64,000 nucleotides of DNA, taken from assembly GCA_963716395.1 (NCBI GenBank), contig OY970309.1, positions 1 to 64,000 of the forward strand, read 5' to 3'. The translations under genes were made by a program, and so were the position numbers. The notes beneath the pieces were generated by a model. That model saw nothing but the letters and a program-made list of their open reading frames with translations. It was not told where the DNA came from and ran no database searches. Below, piece after piece: positions 28,775 through 38,496 of this stretch (the first letter of the stretch is position 1; every line of letters begins with the position of its first letter). The stretch comes from an uncultured Fibrobacteria bacterium (GTDB lineage: Bacteria; Fibrobacterota; Fibrobacteria; UBA11236).

Positions 28775-29791
28775 ATGCGTATCCTGGTTCTGTGTTGCCT
28801 GGGGTGGATGGCGGCTGCGGCCGCGGATTCGCTGACCTTTGCCGCGCCGCCCCAAGCGCGCCGGTTCGCCGACGGCGCGGTGGAGTGGAGCGCCGATCTG
28901 CTTTGTCCCGATCCCGATGCCGTGCCGGGAACCTTTCTGGCTTTTGCCTGGGATGCGGATCTCGACGGCCGCCCCGACAGCGGCTGGGACACCACCCGGC
29001 CGGCGGTGCAGGATTGCCGGAACGGCCGGCTGACGGTGGCGCGCACCTTTTTTCCCCCGGGTCCGGCGCTGTTGTATGCGGAATTGGGGGCATCGGGCCG
29101 GGTGGCGCAAGTCGAGACCACCTTGGCCGGTACGGCGGGATCGCTGCTGGCCATCCGGCGTTTTTGCGCGCGGCCGGAAAACGGCGAACCCGAATGGGTG
29201 GTGATCGCCAATAACGCCGCGGTGCCGGTGCGGCTGGATCAGGTGTCGTTGCAGGGGCATGCGGTCGGCTCCGGGGTTCTGGAGGCGGGCGCCGCGCTGG
29301 CTTTGGGGCCCGACTCGGCGGGCATGGCGCGCTGGATTCCGGGATGGCCGGCGCGCCTTCTCTCGCCCTGGGCGGCCCTGCGTAACTCTGGTGATACGGT
29401 ACGAGTCGCCTTTGCGGGCGGCTTGGTGCTGGACAGCGCGGTGTACTGGGAATCGCAGCGCGAGCCGCGCGAAGCCTGCGCCGACGCGGCGCCGGCCGCC
29501 GCCGGTTTCGGATTCGATCTGCAGATCGCCGCCACGCGCTGGCGAACGGCGGATGGACCGCTGCCCATCACGGTGACGGCTCCGCCCTCGGCCCGCTTCG
29601 CCTTGTGGGCCTACGACCTCGATGGCCGCCCGCTGTGCCCGGTGGCGCGCGACGCCGCGGGGCCGACGCAACTTTCCTGGTCGGCGGCCTCGTGCCCCGC
29701 CCTTCCCCGCCGCGGCGGCGCGGTGCTGCTGCAATTGCAACCCGACGGCGCGCCGCCCTTGCGCCGCCTGGTTTTGCTGCAAAGCCCATGA
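28775..29791 (+). CDS. Hypothetical exported protein (lamin-tail-like segment, C-terminal YDLDGR motif)
   Basis: Signal peptide; PEWVVIAN and LRNSGDTV lamin-tail-like motifs. Confidence 0.55.
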   Translation: MRILVLCCLGWMAAAAADSLTFAAPPQARRFADGAVEWSADLLCPDPDAVPGTFLAFAWDADLDGRPDSGWDTTRPAVQDCRNGRLTVARTFFPPGPALLYAELGASGRVAQVETTLAGTAGSLLAIRRFCARPENGEPEWVVIANNAAVPVRLDQVSLQGHAVGSGVLEAGAALALGPDSAGMARWIPGWPARLLSPWAALRNSGDTVRVAFAGGLVLDSAVYWESQREPREACADAAPAAAGFGFDLQIAATRWRTADGPLPITVTAPPSARFALWAYDLDGRPLCPVARDAAGPTQLSWSAASCPALPRRGGAVLLQLQPDGAPPLRRLVLLQSP

Positions 29792-30609
29792 GTCGAAAGC
29801 CGCCATTTTGGTTTTGCCTGATCCTCGGCGGGGCCTGGAATTTGGGATGCGCCGGCGCCTTGCCCGACCTGGCCTTTGCCGGCCCTTACGGAGCCACCGA
29901 CGGAGCCGGCGCGATTGTGGGCTGGGATCGCAACGGCATGGATGTGAATCCGGCGGCCTATGATCCGCGCCATTTTGGCTTGGCCGCGGCGGAATACTCG
30001 CCCTTCGACTTGCCCGGAGTGAACGTGGGGGAAGTCGAGGCCGCGGCCGATGCCGCCGCCTGGGGTGCCGGGTTGGCGTACCGCGCCGCCGCTTTCGGTT
30101 CCGACGGGTATGCCCAGGCCGTGCAATTGCAATCCGCGGTCGGCCTGCGGCGCTTCGGCGCCGCAGGCGTGTCGCTGCGCGCGCAAAGCGATGCTTGGGA
30201 CCCGCATCCGCTCTTCAATCTCTCGGCCGGCCTGTTGTGGAAACCGCTGCGCTCCGTCACCGCCGGCATCACGACGCAATCGCGTTACGGCCAAGGCCGG
30301 CTGGAGACCCAGGCCGGATTCGGGGCTGGTTGCACCTGGACGCCCTGGCGGCAATTTCCGGGCGGCCGCGCTGCGCTCGAAGCCGGTTTCGACCCAATGC
30401 GGGGATGGAGCGCCCGCGTGGGTGCCGCCTTGCGCTTGCATGCACGGCTCATGCTATACGCCGGCTGGTCGCCGGCCCTATGGACCTGGGCGCTGGGCGT
30501 CGCCTTTCAAATCGGGGATTGGCAGGGCTTTCACGCCTTGCGCCGACATTCCGTTTTGGGAGCCACGAACTTGGAAGGCCTGCGTATGGAGCGCCCGTGG
30601 CGCCCTTGA
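29788..30609 (+). CDS. Hypothetical outer-membrane beta-barrel protein (PorV/PorQ-like)
   Basis: ATGA overlap with the upstream gene; NPAA motif and alternating hydrophobic strands. Confidence 0.5.
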   Translation: MSRKPPFWFCLILGGAWNLGCAGALPDLAFAGPYGATDGAGAIVGWDRNGMDVNPAAYDPRHFGLAAAEYSPFDLPGVNVGEVEAAADAAAWGAGLAYRAAAFGSDGYAQAVQLQSAVGLRRFGAAGVSLRAQSDAWDPHPLFNLSAGLLWKPLRSVTAGITTQSRYGQGRLETQAGFGAGCTWTPWRQFPGGRAALEAGFDPMRGWSARVGAALRLHARLMLYAGWSPALWTWALGVAFQIGDWQGFHALRRHSVLGATNLEGLRMERPWRP

Positions 30610-30642
30610 CGGCGCCCATTCCCAAGCCCGACAATTCGGAAC

Positions 30643-31836
30643 ATGATTTGCATGCCGCTGCCCGACGTCAGACCGGGAATGGTTTTGGCGAAATCCATCG
30701 TGGGAGATCAAGGAGATCTGTTGCTGGCGGCCGGCTTCGTGGTCAACGAGCGCGTGCTGGAGAAAATGCAGGATTTGGGGCTAAACGCCTGCTGGATTTT
30801 CGAAGAGGGCACCGAAGCCGTGATGCCCGAAGAAGCCGTCAATGAACAACTCGCCTTGCAGGCGCGCACCACCCTGAAGGAAAACGCCGACCTGCTGCGC
30901 GAAGCCCTGGACGTGGGCGAGGTGACTTTGGAAAACGTGGAGAAGGCGCTCAACACGGGCGCGCATTTTCACAACATCGTTCCGGTGGACAAATTCAAAA
31001 ATGTGGTGCGCGAAATCCTGGAAGCGCTGATGAAGCAAGAGCCGGTGACCGTCAATCTCAATTCCCTACGCACCAAAAGCGGATATCTCTACCAGCATAG
31101 TCTGGATGTGAGCATCACCGCCATCATCGTGGCGCAAACCCTCAAGTACAGCAAGCGCGAGATCGAAGAATTGGCCCTGGGATGCTTGCTGATGGATACC
31201 GGCTTGGTGCTGCTCGGCGACGCCTTGCTGGCGAAAACCGGGCCCCTGACCGAGGCAGAAAGAAATCTCTACCAAGGCCATACCACCTTGGGCTATGCCA
31301 TCCTGCGGAAAAACGAACACATTCCCCTGACGAGCGCGCATGTCGCGTTTCAACATCACGAACGGCAGGACGGCAAAGGTTTTCCGCGCCGCTTGACCGG
31401 CGACAACCGCCTGCCCTTGCGCAACCTGGCGGTGGAGAAAGGGCGTATCCATCGCTATGCCGAAATCGCGGCGACGGCCGACGCTTATGTTTCCATGATC
31501 GCGCCCCGGCCCGGAACCTTGGCCGCTTTGGCTCCCAACGAAGCCGTCAAAAACCTGCTGCTGGCTGCGGGAACCAGACTCAACCAAGCCGTGGTGCATA
31601 CCCTGGTGCGGCTGATTCCCATTTATCCGGTGGGATCCAAGGTGGTGGTGATCAGGGATCAAGTGCGCCGTCGGCTCGTGGGTTACACCGGCGTGGTGGC
31701 CAAATACCGCACCGAGCAACCAGGGCGACCGTTGATATTGCTGCTTTACGATCGCGACCGCAGAAAGCTGACAAAACCCATGCCATTGGATCTTTTGGAG
31801 GACTACGGCATCGGAATTCAATATGCCGTCGGCTAG
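30643..31836 (+). CDS. HD-GYP domain protein (degenerate HD)
   Basis: PGMVLAK N-domain, YQHSLDV, QHHERQDGKGFP, ADAY. Confidence 0.85.
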   Translation: MICMPLPDVRPGMVLAKSIVGDQGDLLLAAGFVVNERVLEKMQDLGLNACWIFEEGTEAVMPEEAVNEQLALQARTTLKENADLLREALDVGEVTLENVEKALNTGAHFHNIVPVDKFKNVVREILEALMKQEPVTVNLNSLRTKSGYLYQHSLDVSITAIIVAQTLKYSKREIEELALGCLLMDTGLVLLGDALLAKTGPLTEAERNLYQGHTTLGYAILRKNEHIPLTSAHVAFQHHERQDGKGFPRRLTGDNRLPLRNLAVEKGRIHRYAEIAATADAYVSMIAPRPGTLAALAPNEAVKNLLLAAGTRLNQAVVHTLVRLIPIYPVGSKVVVIRDQVRRRLVGYTGVVAKYRTEQPGRPLILLLYDRDRRKLTKPMPLDLLEDYGIGIQYAVG

Positions 31837-31951
31837 ACCGGGATAAAAAGACCTGCGGGCGACCGCCGCCGAATTGAGTGCGAGCCTCCGTCGTTTTTCG
31901 GCCCGTAAGGAGCTATTTATTCTAACGGACTGGCGGAGGTGGAATCATCCC

Positions 31952-32842
31952 GTGATCATTGGTAACGCGGTGGATTCGTTTCTTTCGCACCTAGCGGAAG
32001 CGCGCGGCGCATCTCCGCATACCGTCGCGGCCTATCGCCGCGATCTCACTCCGCTCTTGCGCTATCTCGACGAGCACGGCCAACGCGAAATGGCGGCTGA
32101 CGATTTGAATCCTTCGCTGCTGCAGGGATTTTTGCTGGCGCGGGCCGCGACCGGTCTGAAAGCGTCGAGCCAAGGGCGTTGCGTGGCCTGTTTGAAAAGC
32201 TTCGGAAATTTTTTGCAGGCCTGCGGCGCGGCGGCGCACAACCCCGCGCGACGTTTGCGCTTTCCCAAAAAGGCCGCGAAGCTGGCTTCGGTGGCGGGCG
32301 AAGGACTTTTGGCCGAAGCCTTGCAACCGGATCCCGATTCCGATTCCTTTCTGGAGCGCCGCGATCTGCTGTGCCTGGAATTGTTGTACGGTTCCGGATT
32401 GCGCCTGGCCGAAACGCTGGGCCTGAAATGGTCGGATTGCACGGTCGACAGCGTGCGGGTTCTGGGAAAAGGCCGCAAGACCCGTACCGTTCCCATGACG
32501 CGAACCGCGGCGGCGGCTCTGGAGGTATATCGCAGCGCCTGCGCGGAAGAGGGTTTAGCGCCCACCGGCCCGTTGCTGGTGAACCGTCGCGGCCGGCCGC
32601 TGGGCCGGCGCACTTTACAGCGCCGCGTCGAGGCGCGCTTGCGCGCCCACGGCCGCCACGGCCAGGCTTCGCCCCATATTCTGCGGCATTCCTTCGCCAC
32701 TCATTTGCTGGACCAAGGGGCGGATTTGCTGGCCGTGAAAGAGATGCTGGGGCATGCCTCCTTGTCGACCACCCAGAAATACACGCACGTTTCGGTGCAA
32801 CGGCTCAAACAGGTGATGGCGCAGGCCCATTCCCGGGCCTGA
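31952..32842 (+). CDS. xerC: Tyrosine recombinase XerC-like
   Basis: SPHTVAAYRRDL, LYGSGLR, GKGRKTR, SPHILRHSFATHLL, LGHASLSTTQKYT; no integron insertion. Confidence 0.85.
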   Translation: MIIGNAVDSFLSHLAEARGASPHTVAAYRRDLTPLLRYLDEHGQREMAADDLNPSLLQGFLLARAATGLKASSQGRCVACLKSFGNFLQACGAAAHNPARRLRFPKKAAKLASVAGEGLLAEALQPDPDSDSFLERRDLLCLELLYGSGLRLAETLGLKWSDCTVDSVRVLGKGRKTRTVPMTRTAAAALEVYRSACAEEGLAPTGPLLVNRRGRPLGRRTLQRRVEARLRAHGRHGQASPHILRHSFATHLLDQGADLLAVKEMLGHASLSTTQKYTHVSVQRLKQVMAQAHSRA

Positions 32843-32857
32843 TCATGGGATAATGAA

Positions 32858-35149
32858 ATGGCCGCGCGCAAACGAGTCAACATGGCCAAGCTGAAAAAAC
32901 ACGCCCCCAGCGCCCGCTCCAAGCGGCCGGTCAAAACCGGTTCGGCCAAAACCCGCCCGACCAAATCCGGGGTGGATTCCGCCGCGGTGCGCGCCATGGA
33001 AAATTGGCTGCACGGCAATTTCCGCACCTTGGCCGAGTTGCTCCCCGAACGCCTCATGTTCAAAGACCGGGAAAGTCGCTTTCTCTGGGCCAACCGGGCC
33101 GCTTTGATAATCCTGGGCGCCCGGGATCTTGCCGAGGTCTGCGGGAAAACCGATCACGATTTTTTCCAGGTCGATCACGCCGAGCACGCGCGCGCCGACG
33201 AGCTGGAGGTGCTGACCACGGGCGTCCCCATTCTCGACCGCGTGGAAGAAGATTACGATCGCCACGGCAACAAACACTGGATTCAAACCACCCGCATTCC
33301 CCTGCGCGACCGCCGCCAGCACATCGTCGGCCTGTTCGTAATGGTGCGCGACTTGACCGACCTGAAGCAGGTGCAGGAATCCTACGAGCGCGAGAGTTCG
33401 TTTTTGCGCGCCTTGCTCGACAACATGCCCGACGCGGTGTATTTCAAAGACACGCAAAGCCGATTTCTGCGCGTGAGCAGCTTTATCCACCTGGAAGGCA
33501 TGAAATCCCCCGAAGAGGTGATCGGAAAAACCGACTTCGATTATTTCACCCATGACCATGCCCAGGAAGCCTTCGACGACGAACAGCGCATTATCGCCAC
33601 GCAGCGGCCCCTGATCGACAAAATCGAACGCGAAACCTATCCCAACAAACCCGACACCTGGGTGTCGACCACCAAGGTTCCCATCTTCGACAAGAACGGC
33701 GAGGTGACGGGCATCGTGGGCATCTCGCGCGACGTCACCGAGCGCTTCAAGGCCGAAGAGGCGGTGCGCAAAGCCAAGGAGGAACTCGAGGTGCGGGTGC
33801 AGGAGCGCACCGCGGCGCTGATGGAGGAGATCAAACAGCATTTGCGCACGGAAAAAGCCTTGCGCGAAGGCGAACGCAAGTTGCAGGAATCCAATGCGCG
33901 GCTGGGCACGCGCGTGGAGCAATTGAACTTCCTCAACGCCACGGCGCATCAGCTCACCCACTTCATTTCCCGCGGCGATTTGCTGCCGGCCATCGTCACG
34001 GCCTTTTCCCAAAGCCGCCCCGGAGTCGAAGTCGCGCTGCTCGAACTGATCGACGGCGATTTCAAAGTGCAGGCCTGCACGCCGGGCTTGAGCGCCGGCA
34101 GCGGAAAAATCCATTGCGCATCGTTGGCAACCGTGCTGCACGACGGCAAGAATGAAGCGCAACTGGTTCCCGATCTGCGCGCCGACCCGCGTCTGGCCTC
34201 GCTGGCGTTGCCGGAATATATCGCCTGCCTGCAAATTCCCTTGTGCGTCGAAGATCGCGCCGTGGCCCAGATTCAGATTTTCGGGGACCTTGAATTCGCC
34301 CTGTGGTATGCGCAGGAAAACGTGGTGATTCAAACCCTGGCGGCGCAGGCGGCGGTCAGCCTTTCCAACGCCAACAATTTCCTCAGCCTGGAAGCGCGCG
34401 CCCGCGTCGAAAGCGAACTGGCCGTGGCGCAGAATATCCAAAAGCGCTTTACGCCCGTGCATAACCCCGCCATTCCCCGCGTCTCCATGAAGGGCGTTTA
34501 CTTTCCCGCCTACGAAGTGGGCGGCGATTATCTCGATTATTTCCGCACCGACCGTGGCGACTGGGTCATCGTGATCGCCGACGTAAGCGGCAAGGGCATT
34601 CCCGCCGCTTTGGTCATGACCATGCTGCGCAGCACCATCCGCGCCGAAGCGCGCTATGAGAAAACCGCCAAGCGCCTGTTGTGCTCGGTCAACGACATGA
34701 TGGCCAAGGATCTGGACGATCGCTCCTTCATCACCGCTTCGTGCTTGGTGATCAACGCCGAAGGCACGCACATGACCTATGCGCGCGCCGGGCATCCCCC
34801 GCTGCTCGTGCGCCATGCGCACAACGGACGCCAACCCATTCCCTTAAGCCCGCGCGGCCTGGCCCTGGGCATGGCCGACAGCGGTGTGTTCGCCGACTTA
34901 CTGGAAGAGATCGACGTGCCGTTGCAGGCCGGCGACGCCTTCGTGCTTTACACCGACGGCTTGACCGAAGCCATGAACCCGGAACGCAGCATGTACGGCA
35001 CGCGGCGGTTACAGTCGTTGCTGGCGCGCGAAGCCTCGGTTTCGCCGGAAATTCTGGTGCGCCATATTCTGGACGACGTGCGCGATTTCACCCGGAATGC
35101 GCCCTCGCACGACGACTTGACCATGCTGGTATTCGAAGTCGAGAAGTAG
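32858..35149 (+). CDS. PAS-PAS-GAF-SpoIIE (PP2C-type) phosphatase
   Basis: Two PAS domains (GKTDHDFF, GKTDFDYF); VGGDYLD, ADVSGKG, AGHPP, YTDGLTE, DDLT. Confidence 0.93.
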   Translation: MAARKRVNMAKLKKHAPSARSKRPVKTGSAKTRPTKSGVDSAAVRAMENWLHGNFRTLAELLPERLMFKDRESRFLWANRAALIILGARDLAEVCGKTDHDFFQVDHAEHARADELEVLTTGVPILDRVEEDYDRHGNKHWIQTTRIPLRDRRQHIVGLFVMVRDLTDLKQVQESYERESSFLRALLDNMPDAVYFKDTQSRFLRVSSFIHLEGMKSPEEVIGKTDFDYFTHDHAQEAFDDEQRIIATQRPLIDKIERETYPNKPDTWVSTTKVPIFDKNGEVTGIVGISRDVTERFKAEEAVRKAKEELEVRVQERTAALMEEIKQHLRTEKALREGERKLQESNARLGTRVEQLNFLNATAHQLTHFISRGDLLPAIVTAFSQSRPGVEVALLELIDGDFKVQACTPGLSAGSGKIHCASLATVLHDGKNEAQLVPDLRADPRLASLALPEYIACLQIPLCVEDRAVAQIQIFGDLEFALWYAQENVVIQTLAAQAAVSLSNANNFLSLEARARVESELAVAQNIQKRFTPVHNPAIPRVSMKGVYFPAYEVGGDYLDYFRTDRGDWVIVIADVSGKGIPAALVMTMLRSTIRAEARYEKTAKRLLCSVNDMMAKDLDDRSFITASCLVINAEGTHMTYARAGHPPLLVRHAHNGRQPIPLSPRGLALGMADSGVFADLLEEIDVPLQAGDAFVLYTDGLTEAMNPERSMYGTRRLQSLLAREASVSPEILVRHILDDVRDFTRNAPSHDDLTMLVFEVEK

Positions 35150-35198
35150 CGGCGGCCGCGCCCAGGCCGCACTCCGGCGGCCGCAGGCGGCCGAGGTT

Positions 35199-36314
35199 TC
35201 ACAGGCGGACGGTTTCCCCCAGTTCGCAAGAACGCTGCGCGGCCAGCACGATGCGCAAACTCTCGCGGGCGCTGCGATGGTTGGCGCGCAAGTCGGCACG
35301 CCCGGAAATCGCCTCCCGGAAAAAACCCTGCGCCCGCGCGCACAGCGCGGATAAAGAAGGCTCTTCGGGAATCGTCCAGCTTTCCTCGACCCGCCGGCCC
35401 GATCCGTCCGTGTCGATGCGGTGCCGCACCAAAGTCGAAGCGCTGCCGTCGGGACTCCGCAGCAGGCTGACCGCACCCCGCGGACCCGTGGCCTCCTGGA
35501 GCCGGCGCAGGCCCGAACCGATCATGGGGCCCCAACCCGATTCAAACCAGCCCACCGACCCATCGGCGAACACGATTTGCACTTGGCCGTAATTATCATG
35601 CCGGAGACTTTCGTCTAGGCGGGCACCCACGGCATGCACCCGCAGCGGCGCGGCGCCCGTAAGCCGACCCATGAGGTCGACGTAATGCACGCCGCAATCG
35701 ACCAGCGAAGAAGCCGAGGCCAACAGACGCCGATGCCTTTCCCAATCCGGGCCTGCGCTGGGTTGATTCACGGCCATGCGCATCACCAACGGCCGGCCCA
35801 ACGCTTCGCCCAGTTCCAGAAATTTCTGTTGCGCGGGATGGTGGTGCAGCAGATACCCCACCATCAACTGACGCCCGACTTCGCCCGCCGCGACCAAAAC
35901 GTCTTCCGCTGCGCGCAGGGTCAAGGCCAGGGGTTTTTCCACATAGACATGCGCCCCGGCGCGCAAGGCGCGCAGGGCCAACTCGGCATGGGTGTCGGAA
36001 TGGGTGCTGATGCACACGGCGTCGGGCCGCGTTACCCGCAGCGCGGTCTCCAGGTCGTCGAACAAGGCCGGGGCGCCGCCCAGCCGCCGCGCCAGGCGTT
36101 CGCGGCTGCCGTCTTTGCGGCTGACGAGGCCGGCGATGCGAAAGCCCGCGCTCTCATTCTGAAACGCCAGGGCGTGGGCCGTGCCCATGCGTCCGCAGCC
36201 GACCAGCAAGACGCGCAGGTCGGGGATGCCGACCGCTGGTGCGGCCCCGAACGCATGATCCTCCGAGGATGGTAGTGGTGCCGCGGCGTTTTGATTCAGG
36301 GGTGAGTTCTCCAT
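35199..36314 (-). CDS. Gfo/Idh/MocA oxidoreductase
   Basis: GCGRMG, HVYVEKPLA, DCGVHYVD. Confidence 0.9.
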   Translation of the reverse strand: MENSPLNQNAAAPLPSSEDHAFGAAPAVGIPDLRVLLVGCGRMGTAHALAFQNESAGFRIAGLVSRKDGSRERLARRLGGAPALFDDLETALRVTRPDAVCISTHSDTHAELALRALRAGAHVYVEKPLALTLRAAEDVLVAAGEVGRQLMVGYLLHHHPAQQKFLELGEALGRPLVMRMAVNQPSAGPDWERHRRLLASASSLVDCGVHYVDLMGRLTGAAPLRVHAVGARLDESLRHDNYGQVQIVFADGSVGWFESGWGPMIGSGLRRLQEATGPRGAVSLLRSPDGSASTLVRHRIDTDGSGRRVEESWTIPEEPSLSALCARAQGFFREAISGRADLRANHRSARESLRIVLAAQRSCELGETVRL

Positions 36315-36468
36315 CGGAAAAGCGGCGAACTTCAGCCCTTCAAAAGATAGCCGTGCGGCGGCCACCCGATTCCGTTCGCTGCGCGGAACTGCAACGATAT
36401 TACGGGAATGATTCTGCGAATGCTTTTCGGCTCAACGCGGATGGCATCGCATCCGCCCGTGCCGGAGC

Positions 36469-38187
36469 TTACTCCGGAATCCAGCGATACTGCAAGGCCC
36501 CGTGCTGCATGCTGGCCGGGAAGGAGAAGGATTCGCCGGGCCGCAAATTCCGTTTTTCCCAAACCTTGCGCCCCATCAAATCGAACACTTCGAAGGCCTG
36601 CATGCCGCTGGGCACCAGCACCGGAGCGTTCGCGCCCAGGTTCACCACCCAACCCGTGGGCCGGGTCACGTAATGCGTGGCGGGATTGAGGTACAGACCG
36701 GTGGGGGTTTCGAGTTTGGGCGTGGCCGGATGGCAGGTCCCGGTATAGGTGATCTTGACGATGCTGGTGTTCTGATCGAAGGCGAAGTAACCGGCGCTGC
36801 CGTAATTGATAACGTACATGGCGCCATCCGGACCCATTTGCACGTCGAGGGGTGCGTAAAAATTGAAATTGGAAAAAATGCGCTGCGCGCTACCGATCAA
36901 ACTCTGGCCGGTGCTGTCGGGCGTCAGCACCTGCATCTGGCTGCTGCTCCAGTCGGCGACGAACCACTTACGCGTAAAATGCGGGGGAAATTTGATGGAA
37001 TCTTGCAAATCGCCGTCATAGCGGTAGAGCGGGCCGGTGATGGCGCAGGATTGGTTGTACCCGTAAATGGCGGGCTGGGCCGGCGGCAGAGTGGGCAGGC
37101 CCGTATTCCATTTCGAAGTGTTGGTCGGCGCGGCCGGATTTTTATTTCCGGCCAGTACGATATTGTTGCCCGAGGGGTCGCGGCCCGCGAAATACGGCCA
37201 GCCCATGAAACCGGGCTTGGTGGCCAAATCATATTCCTCGGTATGGGTGCCATATCCATCCGGGCCCACGTCGCCCCACAACACCCAGCGCCGCACGGGA
37301 TCGAGCTGCAGGCTGTAGGGATTGCGCTCGCCTTTGAGATAAACTTCGGGCGCGACCTTGCTGGTGTCGGCGTATTGCGTATTGCCCGTTTGCTGATAGA
37401 AGTAGTCGCCGAAATTTCCCGGCGGAATGCTGTAGCCTCTGGCCGAGCTGTCGGGGTGGATACGCAAAATGCTGCCGCGCAGACCATGCGTATCGCTGGC
37501 GCCCCACTCTTCGCTTTCATCTTTATCGGATTCATTGATGCCCTGGCTGGTGCCGCCGTCGGTGCCGGTATTGGCGCCCACGCCGATCCACAAGTCGCCG
37601 TAGTCGTCGAAGGCCATGGCACCGCCCGTGTGGCAGCAATATTCGCGCTGCTCCGGAATTTCCAAAATGATTTTTTCCGCCCCCAAGGTGTTGTTCGCCA
37701 AGGTGAAGCGCGAGATGCGGAACACGGATTTGGCCGCGGGAGAGTAATACACGTACACATAGCCATTGGTTTTGAAATTGGGATCCAGGGCGATGCCGGT
37801 GGCGCCATCCTCGAGGTTGCTGTTGATGCTGCCGCTGCCGGTCAAAGGACCGCGGAACGTGGGCAAGGTGATGAGGGTTTGCACGGTGTTGGAGGCTGCC
37901 AGATACCGTTTGACGTCGCCGGCAACCGTGGTCATGGTGCCTGTGCCGTGGCCCCGTTCCACATAATAGATGTCGACATGTCCCTGCGCGTCCATATCGA
38001 AGGCCATGTGAATCGGTTCGGCCAGATTCGCGTCCGGCGGCGAACCGTTGCGGATCAAAGTGGTCATTTTAAAATCGTTTTGGGTGACATCGGGGCAACC
38101 GGTCCAAGTCCAGGTTTGGGCGTGCACCGAGGCAGCCAATCCACAACCCAAGATCAGGGCGCCCAGCTTGAATTTGATCTGCATCAT
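36469..38187 (-). CDS. Exported PQQ-dependent glucose/sorbosone dehydrogenase-family protein
   Basis: GIALDPNF..NGYVYVYY, CCHTGG, GSILRI, RNPY, GDVGPD, GWPY; C-terminal FDLMGRKV. Confidence 0.85.
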   Translation of the reverse strand: MMQIKFKLGALILGCGLAASVHAQTWTWTGCPDVTQNDFKMTTLIRNGSPPDANLAEPIHMAFDMDAQGHVDIYYVERGHGTGTMTTVAGDVKRYLAASNTVQTLITLPTFRGPLTGSGSINSNLEDGATGIALDPNFKTNGYVYVYYSPAAKSVFRISRFTLANNTLGAEKIILEIPEQREYCCHTGGAMAFDDYGDLWIGVGANTGTDGGTSQGINESDKDESEEWGASDTHGLRGSILRIHPDSSARGYSIPPGNFGDYFYQQTGNTQYADTSKVAPEVYLKGERNPYSLQLDPVRRWVLWGDVGPDGYGTHTEEYDLATKPGFMGWPYFAGRDPSGNNIVLAGNKNPAAPTNTSKWNTGLPTLPPAQPAIYGYNQSCAITGPLYRYDGDLQDSIKFPPHFTRKWFVADWSSSQMQVLTPDSTGQSLIGSAQRIFSNFNFYAPLDVQMGPDGAMYVINYGSAGYFAFDQNTSIVKITYTGTCHPATPKLETPTGLYLNPATHYVTRPTGWVVNLGANAPVLVPSGMQAFEVFDLMGRKVWEKRNLRPGESFSFPASMQHGALQYRWIPE

Positions 38188-38330
38188 GGCCTCCATCCCT
38201 TATTGGTTGCGCATTATCCCTTCCCGGTTTGGAACCTGGCATCGAGGGTAAAAATGGGCGGCCCCGTGTTTGCATCGGAGCCTTTGGGATTGTCATCCGC
38301 TTCGGCCGCGTCAGCCGACTCAGCCTTCGC

Positions 38331-38432
38331 GGTTCGACATCCCTCGGCAGGCTCGGGAACCAAGCTCACCGGCCGATAAGGGGTCGGCAGATAACGTTCG
38401 GCATTCCTCAGCAGGCGTCGGGACCGGGCTCA
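38331..38432. repeat. Two degenerate nested REP-like palindromes
   Basis: GGTTCGACA-TCCCTCGGCAGGCTCGGGA-ACCAAGCTCACC and a degenerate second copy at 38396-38432 in an intergenic region. Confidence 0.4.
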
Positions 38433-38496
38433 GGCTTCGTCGGCCGGGGGCCCGAGCATAACTGAGCTTGACTGAACTTGAATTCGTTACGCGAAA

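Noticed and set aside
31952-32842. Third integron integrase or prophage integrase
   Set aside because: Lacks the integron insertion, has XerC-type motifs and sits among housekeeping genes.
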